In this document: positions 52,411 to 64,000 of the stretch, piece after piece
Layout of the letters: the number at the start of each line of letters is the position of its first letter
Numbering within the stretch: the first letter of the stretch is position 1
Assembly (NCBI GenBank): GCA_951406725.2
Contig: OX597816.1
Span: 91,574,001 to 91,638,000 of the forward strand
DNA length: 64,000 bases
From: Octopus vulgaris
Lineage: Eukaryota
Reading direction: 5' to 3'
Translations under genes and position numbers: made by a program
The notes under the pieces: generated by a model
The model's input: the letters and a program-made list of their open reading frames with translations, nothing else
What the model was told of the DNA's origin: nothing
Database searches by the model: none

Positions 52411-53375
52411 AATTGTAGACCAGCAGTCTGTGTTTCCATGTATAATTAGCATCAAGTCTGTAGTATTTGAACATTTTTTATTCACCATATAAGCATTACT
52501 AACTAAATTGTTTAGATTAAATATTGTAACACCTAACTACTGTTAGTCTCTAAGAAATTAGCGTCTGTGATTTATGGGTTAGGTTGGTTAGTAACATTAG
52601 CAAAAACTGGAAGAATATCAATGCTAGTGAAAAACTTTAAAGAATGGGGATATTTTATGACAATTAAAATAGCTTTTTAATGTAATAGCATATAATAGCC
52701 TTCAATAAGTTGGCTGATAATGAATTCAGTTTGGGTGTAGCTCAAACTGCAAAACATGACATTACAAGGAATAAAATAATCATATTACTCTCTTACAAAG
52801 AGTGGAAATTACAGAGACAAGAGACTTTATAGAATCTAGAAGGGTTCTCAATGAAAACTTATAAATTCAGTTGCCATGAGGAGTGTAGAACTTAATGTTT
52901 CAGGCCTTGCCTTTAATTTAAGAGCAAGTAAAAAGGAAATAAGTGGTGTCGCTTATAATATCTAGTCTTGGGATCATCAATATTTTGCATTTAAATTTCA
53001 TTAATCTTAACCTTGTCTTTCACCATTCTAATACCAATTTTATTGAGTATTCTATCTTAGTGGAAAATATTGTAAATGCAATTAAGCAAACAGAACACAG
53101 GAGAAACAAGTTTTAATAAATACTGTATTTGCTTAATACACACACACGCATACATACATATACACACGAGTAAGACAACAAAGAATGAATATTGCACAAC
53201 TTTATTAGTTAAGTGTTTTTGCACCAATCCATTTCTAACTCCACTGCATGTGAAAAGTTACGCAATATATGTGATTACTTTAGAGGGTGCACCTCATCAG
53301 ACTAGCACCAAGTTATGCATTTTATGGTGCTTATATATGGGAGAAACCTGACAATAAGTCACATATATAGTATCA

Positions 53376-53743
53376 CTAGCAGTATAGCCCGGCGTTGCTC
53401 CGGTTTGTTTCGACCCTTTAGAAATGGAATCTTTGAATTTTGCATTATGTAGCTTGTCATTCTCTTTAAGTGAACATTTTTCTGGTTGAAATACACCAAA
53501 AAATGGCGACACAGCAGTAAAAAAAAAATTGTAAAAATAGGGATTTTCATACAAAAAAAGCACATTTTTACATGGTCTGATTTGAATTTTTTCTTCTATG
53601 GAATGAAGAGCAAGCCTTCTTCTATCATACTCTCAATTTTGGTCAACTTGCGCTGCAGGGTCTTGGAGGAGATAGTGTTAGTTGAAGGCTACCAAACCTG
53701 CCACACACACACACACAGACAACTTCAGCTTTATATATAGAGA
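53376..53743 (-). mobile_element. Non-autonomous Helitron (368 bp)
   Basis: Minus strand begins TC and ends CTAG, inserted between A and T; GC hairpin CCGGAGCAACGCCGG about 10 nt before CTAG; no TSD. Confidence 0.85.
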
Positions 53744-55782
53744 TTTAATGTCCCCTTTTCTGTGTTGGCATAGATTGGACAGTTCGATAAGAACAGAAGA
53801 GACAGAAGGCTATGTCAGATTCTATGTCAGTTTTGGCTTGGTTTCTACAACAGAATGCCCCTCCTAACACAAACCACATAACAGTGCACTGGGTGCTTTT
53901 TATGTGGCATCAGCACTGGTGAGATCACCAAGTATCAGCAAAATAAGACCTCTGAACTGAGTGGGAAATAGAATGGCGGAATAAGAAACTACGATAGAGG
54001 AGCAGATGTCTTGCTGGAAAGGTAGATACATGGCTTGCCCACTGGAAAGAGAGCAAGTGAGAGAAAGAGATATGAGGTCCAAATACAAGGTGAATATGAG
54101 ACAATAGGATAGAAGAGTAGAAAAGGTAGCAGTGTTGGTAAGTGCACTGAGTGAAAATAGCATGACAAATGATTAGAGATAAGGTGCGCACACACACAAA
54201 GAGAGGGAGAGCAACTATTTTATTTCACTGCTTTTAAAATCTTAGTTATGCAAGAAACAGTTATTGTTCTGGAAAAGAAATGATAATGTGGCAAGAACAG
54301 TAGCATACCTATAGGTATGGTGCAGGTATATCTGTGTGATAAAGCAGTTCATTTTGCAACTCATTGGTTTGGATTCAATCCCAATGTGCAGTAGTGTGGA
54401 CATTTATTCATTTATTTTTTTATCATAGCCTCAAACTGACCAATACCTTGTTGAAACTTGTCCTATGTGTAAAGAGAGTTTTTCTCCGGGACTGAATTTT
54501 TGTGTAAGCCATTATTAGGAGTTCCATGTTCTTGAACCTTAAGTATGCTTGCCCCAATTTATACCAGTAAAACAGACACATAACACACACTGCTTTTGAA
54601 CTGTCTCTTGTTATTTGTTCCCAAAAAGCTCTCTGTAAAAAACACAGTGGACTAATGATTGGCATATTGAAAATCTATACCAACAATACTATTGTTCACC
54701 AATTGTAATATCAAAAACATTTAGTTTTGTCCACTAAGAGCAATTTGGTTCTGGGATTAACTGAAATACTGAAATCACTGACTGTACCACCTCCACAAAT
54801 TTTGTGGCTCTGCACCAAAGTTAAGTGCAAAGCCTCAAAAGTATTGTTAGTACAATACTCTAACCACTAGGCTTTGTGTCTTCACAAAGAAATAATTATT
54901 TTACTTTGAAGTGTAACCACTTCAGAAAAGAGAAAATTCCATGCTTGGCTCTTGCTAAATTTGAGCTGAACATAAACACTATATTAAACCTTACTCTTTA
55001 ATAACTCAAAATTAACCCAATGTGCAAAATGATTTTTCATAGAATTTTTACTGTATTAGCAGGTATGGGATAGTGCTGGAAATTTGGATATCTGCATATG
55101 AATTGTTGGCAAAACTTTTTACAGCTGGGTGCCTTTACTAACAGTTCACATTCAACCAAGAGTAATAACAGCAGCTATTTTCAGACAGGCAGACTAAATC
55201 AAGTAATAGATTCTGCCTAGAAACATAGTACAGTGGTTGTATTAAATATTAGCAGACAACAAAATAATTTCTAACATAGAACTAGACACAAGGAAGTGAA
55301 ATTCATTTAATCTGTTACGATGATCCACATAAAAATATAAACTGCACTAAATAGTCCTGCTTTGTTAATATTTTACATCTTCAACTATCAGCAGTATTTT
55401 AAAATTCTAAACACTAAGATAATTATTTCCATCTTATATCAGAAAATAATATCCAACAGACTTGCTTGTGAGGCCATTTAGAAATGCTATATAATATTCA
55501 GTGAATAAGTACTTATTGAAAAGTTTTAGAAAATATGCAGCAGGGAAACCTTTTCTAAATTCCTCAACAGTTAAAAAAAAAAAAAAATGTAAAAGATATG
55601 TCAGAAAGTCTTATCAAAGCAGGAAAGTATCTTGAAATATCTTAGATGAATTCCAGCTAAACTCAATGCTATAGTGGTCTATATCAAATAATTGTAAATC
55701 CTAACATCTGGTATTAAGTTTTGCACAATAAAAGGGTATGTAATCAACAAATATAAAAAACACATTTCCAAATTAGAGTGAA

Positions 55783-57002
55783 AGAGAGAGAGACAATGAG
55801 AGCAAAAGAGAGACAATGAGCGCGAAAGAGAGACAGTGAGAGAGAGAGAGACAGTGAGAGAGAGAGAGAGACAGTGAGAGAGAGAGAGACAGTGAGAGAG
55901 AGAGAGACAGTGAGAGAGAGGGAAGGAGAGACAGCGAGAGGGAGAGATAGAGAGAGACGGCGAGAGGGAGGGATAGAGAGACAGTGAGAGAGAGGGAAGG
56001 AGACAGAGAGAGAGGGAAGGAGACAGAGAGAGAGAGGGAAGGAGACAGAGAGAGAGAGAGGGAAGGAGAGACAGAGAGAGAGAGAGGGATAGAGAGAGAG
56101 AGAGACAGTGAGAGAGGAGAGACACAGAGAGAGAGAGAGAGAGACAGTGAGAGAAAGGAGAGACAGCGAGAGAGAGAGACAGCAGGAGAATGAGAGAGAC
56201 AGCGAGAGAGTGAAAGAGACAGCGAGAGAGTGAGGGGTGTGTGAGGGGAGAGAAAGTGAAAGACAGGGGGGAAATGAGAGAGAGTGAGAGTAAGAGTGAG
56301 AGTAAGAGAGTAAGAGTGAGAGAGAGGTTGTGAGAGTGAGAGTGAGAGAGAGAGGGGTGAGAGTGAGAGAGAGAGGGGTGAGAGTGAGAGAGAGAGAGAG
56401 AGGGGGTGAGAGTGAGAGAGAGAGAGAGGGGTGAGAGTAAGAGAGAGAGGGGTGAGAGTAAGAGAGAGAGAGGGTGAGAGTGAGAGAGAGAGGGTGAGAG
56501 TAAGAGAGAGAGAGGGTGAGAGTGAGAGAGAGAGAATGATAGTAAGAGAGAGAGAGAGTGAGAGTAAGAGAGAGAGAGTGAGAGTAAGAGAGAGAGAGTG
56601 AGAGTAAGAGTAAGAGAGAGAGAGTGAGAGTAAGAGAGAGAGAGAGAATGATAGTAAGAGAGAGAGAATGATAGTAAGAGAGAGAGAATGATAGTAAGAG
56701 AGAGAGAATGATAGTAAGAGAGAGAGAATGATAGTAAGAGAGGGAGAATGATAGTAAGAGAGGGAGAATGATAGTAAGAGAGGGAGAATGATAGTAAGAG
56801 AGGGAGAATGATAGTAAGAGAGAGAGAGAGAGAATGATAGTAAGAGAGAGAGAGAGAGAGAGAATGATAGTAAGAGAGAGAGAGAATGATAGTAAGAGAG
56901 AGAGAGAGAGAATGATAGTAAGAGAGAGAGAGAGAATGATAGTAAGAGAGAGAATGATAGTAAGAGAGAGAGAGAGAGAATGATCGTAAGAGAGAGACAG
57001 AG
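55783..57002. repeat. 1.2-kb compound GA-rich micro/minisatellite
   Basis: (GA)n backbone with successive variant units; explains the spurious 471-aa ORF. Confidence 0.97.
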
Positions 57003-60000
57003 TGAATGAATAATGATAATATGCTTAATGTTTGTATGAGTAAATATCCTGACAGATGCAATTTTATACTAGTATATGTAACTGTGTGCCACAAACAGTT
57101 AAAAGTTCTGAAGGAGCGAAGTATTCACTGCCAAAACAAACTGCCTTGGACTATAAGCTATCACTAAATGTAGCAGACAAAATAGTTCTCAAACATTTTT
57201 TGTACTCTAAACACTTCAATTTTGTTTTTGATTGCCCCTCAACTCCTGTGTGTGTGTGTGTGTATGTATGTGATGAATTTTGGAATAGAAAAAATATGTC
57301 AGTTTCCAAAATATAACCATTTGAAGTATTTCTCAATCTGATGCGGAGGTGGAAAGTAGGCGGATATTATACTAGCTACAGCTGAAAACTCAATAACATA
57401 GTTTGTGTAAATAGCACATTTCCTGAGGCTGTTTGCTGCTAACCACTAAAAGGTTAGATGATACACAGTCTGAACAATTAACATGAAATGGAAACCGACT
57501 AGAATCTATTCAAATTGGTCGAATGAAAGAAATTAAATAAATTGAGTTGCTAAAAATAGTCAAACTTATTTAGTAATCTCTTTTACAGATATACTTATAA
57601 ACAATGAGAAAAATGTGAGAATACAAAATCTACATAAAGTAAAAAAAAAAAAAAAAAAAAAAAAGATTTAAAAAATTACAAATTTTCAATAAAGCCTGAA
57701 GTAAATATTTGAATAATTATATTAAATTAGCAAAGATTCCAGAATACTGATATTTGTGTAAAAAAGAATCTGGCCTATTTTGACACTTCAATACAGAGTA
57801 ATTATTACATATATATGTGTGTGTGTGTACACACACACACACACATACCCAAGCAGATTATAAAAATAACCAAAAATTTAACTGAATTGTAATTAGAACT
57901 TCTTTAGACATTGAAACAGATGTATGTGGAAGAATTTTGCAAGATATCTTAAGCAAAGTGTTTAGGGTTACTAAAATTAAAATTTGAAAAATAACAAAAA
58001 AAAAAGCCCCAGAAAATCTATTCTGAACCAGGAATTACAATTTTTTAATTAAAATTAAATATAGATCCGTTTTTTAAAAAAGTGGAAACTATCTTAGCAT
58101 ATAAGGAAATTTTTTTGCTTTCTAATGTAAAAAAAATTCTGTCAAAATGAAAACTGTAAAATATATTTCCATTACATAATTAAAAAAAAGAAAAATGATT
58201 TTATCAAAAGCACTAATTATATCTTAATGAAAATAAAAACTGGCAAGTTGTCTAGTTATACATATTAAAATCATTTTAGATAAATTATTCAAAGTAGAAA
58301 AGAAAGAATCCATCTGGTATGTAGAAAATATTTGCATCACACATTCTTACTCAAGAACCACCAACATATCATAATCTAGACCACCAATAATTGAAACTGA
58401 CTGACATTTTCTAAAGAATGTTACAACTTTTTATAGTGACAAGCCATAAGAACTCCATAGCATAGAGTGTCCCACCCAAATGCGTAGAGTGAAAGAGTAA
58501 TGTAAAATATAAGCAAATTCAATTCCTAGAATATAAAAATATACAGTTGATAAGTATTGATACCTATTCAAACAAAAAGATCAACTGTAATAAAAATGTG
58601 GATAAGAACAAAATGCATACCAGCAGAAGAATAGTGCATCTGGCGTAATCCATCATTTCGATAATCCATGTTTTACATATATACAAGACACTCTAACAGG
58701 TGCCTCTATCTCCCCTTCCTCTAACTTCACAAGTTAAAGCAGCTCAGTTCCGTTCTGTTAGACGACAGTGATGAAAATATGGCTAGCATAGAACAAACAT
58801 TTTCAGTGTAATTCCTTTCAGGACATCAAAAAACAATATTTTGCTATGTAACCCTCAATAATTGGTTTCATTACATAAGAGACGTAATTCCAATGAAATT
58901 CAGGTGCTGTTAGGCTGAAATAAAAAGTTCTGTGGCCAGTTGTCTAACATAACCAACTATGGTAGTATATTGATGGACTGCTAAGAATGGGAAGGGAAGA
59001 GAACTCCAACACTATCTTACATCATTAGCTCAGTAAATTTATCTCACATCCCTACATCACAAGGATCTAAATGCACAGACATTAACTACTTAATGACAGG
59101 TGGGATGCATGACCCAATTCTGGAACTATTTTCTGTAATTCTTCACTACAAGCTTCAAAATGATAAGCAAAGTGAGATAAATACTCACTTGCAGATGTAC
59201 AAGCTAAAAGTATAAACAAGTATCAGAAAAATGTAATAAGAATAATAAAAGTAAAAAAAAAAAATTAAACCTACATAAAAAGGAGGAGAACAGGTTTCAT
59301 TTGAATATGAAAAAAAATTAATGAAATGCTTCTGGCTTCATAAATAATGTATTTTTAGTTTAGCAAGATAGTTTATAAGAGATTAAATCTCAGCTAAAAG
59401 TAAGTTAACTGCATAGTTAAAATAGGTTGCTTGAGGGTGGGGCACTATAAAGCAACATGTACTTCCACCAGCCAGTATAAGATATATAAGAAGTGAAAAT
59501 AGTCGAGAAGAAATAGTATAAAAAGCAAAATAATGCCAAGATTGCTTACCAAAGCTGTACGAAAAATCTAAATTATATGGGATGCGAAAGCAAACTTCCA
59601 CAATTTTACATTTATAGCTTAAAAAACATAACTCATGAAATCTTCTTATATAAAATACAAAAGACATTAATTGAATTTATGTGAGAGAGTGCTAGGTGGG
59701 GAGGGCTTAAAAGCTATCAGGAAATTATTATATATGAGATTTATTACATAGTGGAAAAGAATTAGAATTTTTAACTGTTCAATAAAAGATAAACTTGAAA
59801 GAAAGAGAGAAAAGAAAAACATGAAAACTGATAGATAAATAAATGATGAAAATATACTTAAAGGAAAAGTTTCCACATCCACGCATTTGCTTTAAACAAA
59901 ATCTTTATTCAATTAGTAATATTTCCTTTAAAAAATTTATAACAAAATCCTCCCACACTATAAAAATAATCTCACTCTTTCCTAAAAACAGTATGCAAAA

Positions 60001-60456
60001 AGGGAAATGACAACATAAGCAGAAAAGTTCAGATTTTGATTTAATAATTTTATAACAAGATTTCTTGTTGAGATAACAGGTGGGTAGTTTGAAGAAAAAT
60101 AATTTAGCAATGATGCCATCACATGTTAGATATGACTAATTGTGCTATGAAGAATTCCATGGATTAAAATTATAAACTGAAAACAAACTAATAATTCATC
60201 AATCAACAACTGGAATGGTGATGCTGCTACCCACACACACAACTATCCTTGACCACCCCCAGGGAACAACCACTTCACTGATTGGCATAAAATCACCTAC
60301 TGACATGTTCTAGGCATGCTGTCTACTCTGTCTCTATCTCCCCTTTCTCTACTGCAACCCAAATGGTCCCCCTAGGAGCTAGCTGGTCTCATGCCATCTC
60401 CTGACTCACTAATCTCCCATCTTCTCATTATTCATGTTGGGTACAATGCTCTAGTC

Positions 60457-61074
60457 CAGTGGTTTCCAAAAGTAGTACTGGGGATCTGTGAACTAAATTC
60501 AAAATACATACACACACATTCATGTTCGACAGAGTGTAAGCATCTTGAGAGAAAAGTTGGGCATAAGTGGCATCTTGTGGTGTGAAAGAGAGACGACTGC
60601 ACTGGTATAGTCATGTGATATGTATGGACGATGGTAGCTGTGTAAAGAAGTGCCGATCTCTGTGGAAGGAACCTGTGGACATCGTACAAGATAGTGAAGC
60701 GTGATTTTCGAACTTTGGGTCTCACAGAGGTAGTGACTAGTGACCGAGACCTTTGGCGATATGCTGTGCTTGAGAAGTCCCATCAAGCCAAGTAAAATTG
60801 CAGTCGTGGAAGATACTGGTGTCATGCAAATGGCATGTAAAAGCACCCATTACACTCTGGGCATGATTGGTGTTAAGAAGGGCATCCAGCCATGTCAAAT
60901 CAAACTGGAGTCTGGTGCAGCCTTTCAGCTTGCCAGCCCTAGTCAAACCATCCAACCCATGCCAGCATGGATAATGAATGCTAAATGATGAAGGATAAAC
61001 ATATTAAAAGGGGTCTGTGGGAAAACACATTTAAATAAAAGGGGTCCTTGGTAGTGAAAAAGTTAAGAATACTG
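60457..61074. mobile_element. hAT (Charlie-like) MITE carrying a nested RTE 3' fragment (about 60510-60990)
   Basis: CAGT..ACTG termini; 8-bp TSD CTCTAGTC at 60449-60456 and 61075-61082. Confidence 0.85.
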
Positions 61075-61598
61075 CTCTAGTCCTTCCTCTTCAGGTCAGC
61101 TCTCTCTGTATTTCACCCTTCTCTGTGGGTGTCAATTTGGAACAGTTTAAGTGAAACATTAACAGCCAGCTACCTTACTGGTCTGTGGGCATTTTAATTG
61201 TCATGAGACCCAATAAGTACAATATAAAAAAAAAAATCTAACTTATCCTTCTGCTCCACTATATTCTCAAGCTAATGTGAAAATACAAATATCTGAATAA
61301 TCATTCAGAATAAACGGATTTTCAATAGAATATCATTCCTAGCCCCAACCACTGATAATGAAGTGAGATTGCTACATATTTCTATCCAACTAGACTGACA
61401 AATACGGTCATTTTATCTGAGTTACTGTTTTTGAATTTCAATCAGCACAAGCAGTATACAATAAGGCACTAACACCAGTGAATTACAGGCACCTATTTTA
61501 GTGACTCCAAAGACTTGAAAGTCAACCTCAACAGGATTTAATCTTAATCTATATACCAAGCTGCCTTTAGCAGCTCTTACCAACCAACTAGCCTTTAA

Positions 61599-61813
61599 CC
61601 CTTTAGCACTTAAATAGAATATTTGGGATGAATATGGCTAATCTGTTTTATGTTTAATCCAGCCAGATCTACCTTGTCACACCTATTCTATATTGTCATT
61701 CTGAAAATATACTGTCACATCAGAATTTCAGAGTTACAACATAGTGCATGATTAATTCGAAACAGCGTACATAAGTAAACATTACATTTGACAATAATCA
61801 GAATGTTAAAGGG
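61599..61813. mobile_element. 215-bp TTAA-flanked (piggyBac-type) MITE
   Basis: TTAA-CCCTTTAGCA..TGTTAAAGGG-TTAA. Confidence 0.85.
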
Positions 61814-61989
61814 TTAAAATCACTTGGTTAAGTTAGTTTTATTTTTTGGTATCTTGTCAATCCAGCATTTGAATGAATTAGCTGATGCATGAGCAATTCA
61901 AGTGATTTATACACAAGTTCCTTAATGGCTCAGTAAACTGAGCAACCAAATGTATTTCAGGTTTTCTACACTGGTATTATTTAGACAAT

Positions 61990-62222
61990 TAAGGTGGTGA
62001 GCTGGCAGAAACGCTAGCGCGCCGGGCGAAATGCTTAGCGGTATTTCGTCTGCGTTACATTGTGAGTTCAAATTCCGCCGAGGTTGACTTTGCTTTTCAT
62101 CCTTTCGGGGTTGATAAATTAAGTACCAGTTACACACTGGGGTCGATGTAATCGACTTAATACCTATGTCTGTCCTTGTTTGTCCCCTCTGTGTTTAGCC
62201 CCTTGTGGGTAATAAAGAAATA
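61990..62222 (+). mobile_element. Full-length young SINE (family C)
   Basis: 17-bp TSD GGTATTATTTAGACAAT (61973-61989, 62223-62239); B-box-like GAGTTCAAATTCC; CpGs retained. Confidence 0.92.
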
Positions 62223-62350
62223 GGTATTATTTAGACAATCCAGTATCTCATCTGTGAGGTTCACACTAAGTGCCATCTATTTCACTTTACATTAGCTGAT
62301 CAAACAAAGAGAATACTCATCTTCAAAACAAATGGAGACACACACACACA

Positions 62351-62880
62351 TTGAGTCAAATGTGCTTTAGATATTGAGGGCAACAAGTTGACAAGCAGAA
62401 GTGGAGCACTATACTTTGCCTTATAAGATTCTCAAACCTGTGTATTTTAATATTAAGTTTTGTTGACATTACCTTAGCCAGTAGGAATAATAAAGGAATT
62501 CAATACTATTAATATGCTGTTTTGGTTCATTATTTGATTTTGATTTTTCCAGTTTCAGCTTATGAGCTGTGGCCATGCTGGGGCACCGCCATTATCTTGA
62601 CTATATTTTGTGTTCTGCCCAGCCATATGCATGTGTGTTATATGGCTTAGCAGAGCACAAAATATAGTTGATATAATGAACCAACAGCATATCAGTAGTA
62701 TTGAATTCTTTATTAAATCAGTAGGAATGAAATATCATTCCTACTGATTAAGGCAATGTCAGCAAAATTTAATATTAAAATACTCAGGTTTGAGAGTACT
62801 ACAAGGTATTTTGCATGGGGCTCCACTTCTGCCTGCTAACTTGTTAAACCTCAATATCAAAACAGATTTTGTTGACTCAA
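62351..62880. mobile_element. 530-bp foldback/MITE-like palindrome
   Basis: Arms pair from TTGAGTCAA/TTGACTCAA inward to AGCCATAT/ATATGGCT with an 11-nt apex. Confidence 0.85.
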
Positions 62881-64000
62881 AGCAATGAAACTGGACATCG
62901 ACCTTTTTTAAAAGAATAAATAATAGCGATAAAGAAACAACAAAAAACCCACAGAGTATTAGAAATTAAACTTAATTATCAGCACGCATGTGGCTTGGAA
63001 ATCTGGTATTTATCTTTGGTTTGTAGAGATAAGTACAATTTTTGTTATTCAAATTACAAGTCTTTGTTAAAAACAAATAAAATGAAGACATCAAAATATA
63101 TGGTTAGATAATAGCTATAATCTAAAAGTTTGCAACTTTAATCACATTTTCTTTCATGAATCATTAATTCAAGATATGAAATATGTTAATTACATTTGCT
63201 CTGTTCCCAATTACAGACAGTGAGACTCAGAAGCTTTCTATATCTAATTTTATCTTTTTTTTTTTTTTTTTGCTTAGCTGTGCTTCCATAACACTAAGCA
63301 TAGCTGTGTGGTTAAGAAATTCATTTTGCATTCATGGAGCTCTAAGTTCACTCCCATTGCATAAATATAATATATAAAAAAAGAAAAAAATAGGAGAGGT
63401 GTCCATTATAAGTAAACAAAATCTGACTACACAATTTGCATTAAATATTAGTCAAACTTTTGTGAGCAAATCTGAATTAATATCAAGGTCAGCAAAGAGA
63501 TTAGCAAGTGAGCAGACACGAGAGTAATGAGTTCCTTTAGTTATGACTACCTCTCTAGGGTTGGTACAACACACATACACAAAAATGCACCCAGTATTCT
63601 CTGTAAAGTGATTAGTCTTAGGAAGGGTATCCAGTCATAGAAACAAAGCTAAAATGAAATGCGAACAAAATTAGAACTCCAGCCCATCCAGGTAGCAATA
63701 CCCCTGAATACATCCTGTTTCCAACCATAACCTGTCTGGCCATACCGTCATGGGAAGCAAGCATAAAATGATGATCAATTGAAATTCATGTTTTTTCCTA
63801 CATAATCAAATTTGAAATTACAGTAATATATATATATAGATTGATCAATAGCCACAAGTAAGTCTGATTGAAGATAAAAGCCAATTCTAGAAGGTATCTT
63901 GTCTAATTCAGTTTGGTAAATCAAAGTAAATAAACCAGGTTTTTTTTCTTTCCCGTGTTTTTTTAGACACACAAAATAAATAGCAAACAAATTCTAGGAA

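Noticed and set aside
55679-57094. 471-aa ORF, the longest in the track
   Set aside because: Translation of a (CT)n-based microsatellite (SLSLS, YYHS repeats); no domain, and the lack of stops is due to composition.
61990-62090. tRNA gene
   Set aside because: The Pol III box-like motifs belong to a SINE head with a TSD and multiple decayed copies; no cloverleaf found.

Overview
AT-rich, repeat-dense animal genomic DNA, most likely from an octopus or other coleoid cephalopod (inferred from the SINE/RTE repeat families and microsatellite load, not verified). The one confidently supported gene is a complete Rap1 small GTPase on the minus strand. It has six coding exons (51635-51579, 30887-30819, 29881-29825, 24918-24778, 21846-21706, 15245-15153), all with GT-AG phase-0 junctions, encoding 185 aa (MREYKLVVLGSGGVGKSAL...RKKSSNCVLL). 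There is probably also an intron in the 3' UTR. The ORF track misses this gene entirely; its ORFs are transposon relics or low-complexity artefacts. The introns and flanks hold Tc1/maT, piggyBac, hAT, Helitron, CR1 and RTE elements, tRNA-derived SINEs, and mini- and microsatellites. The most unusual items are a 1.64-kb foldback element made of two inverted Tc1 3' halves, an RTE-like LINE with a C4HC3 (PHD-like) finger inside its RT domain and a repeat-spawning 3' UTR, a second 530-bp foldback, and candidate microexons of an unannotated convergent plus-strand gene at the left end. I found no CRISPR array, no rRNA or true tRNA genes, and nothing I can defend as a new multi-gene system. All identity and composition statements are by-eye estimates.
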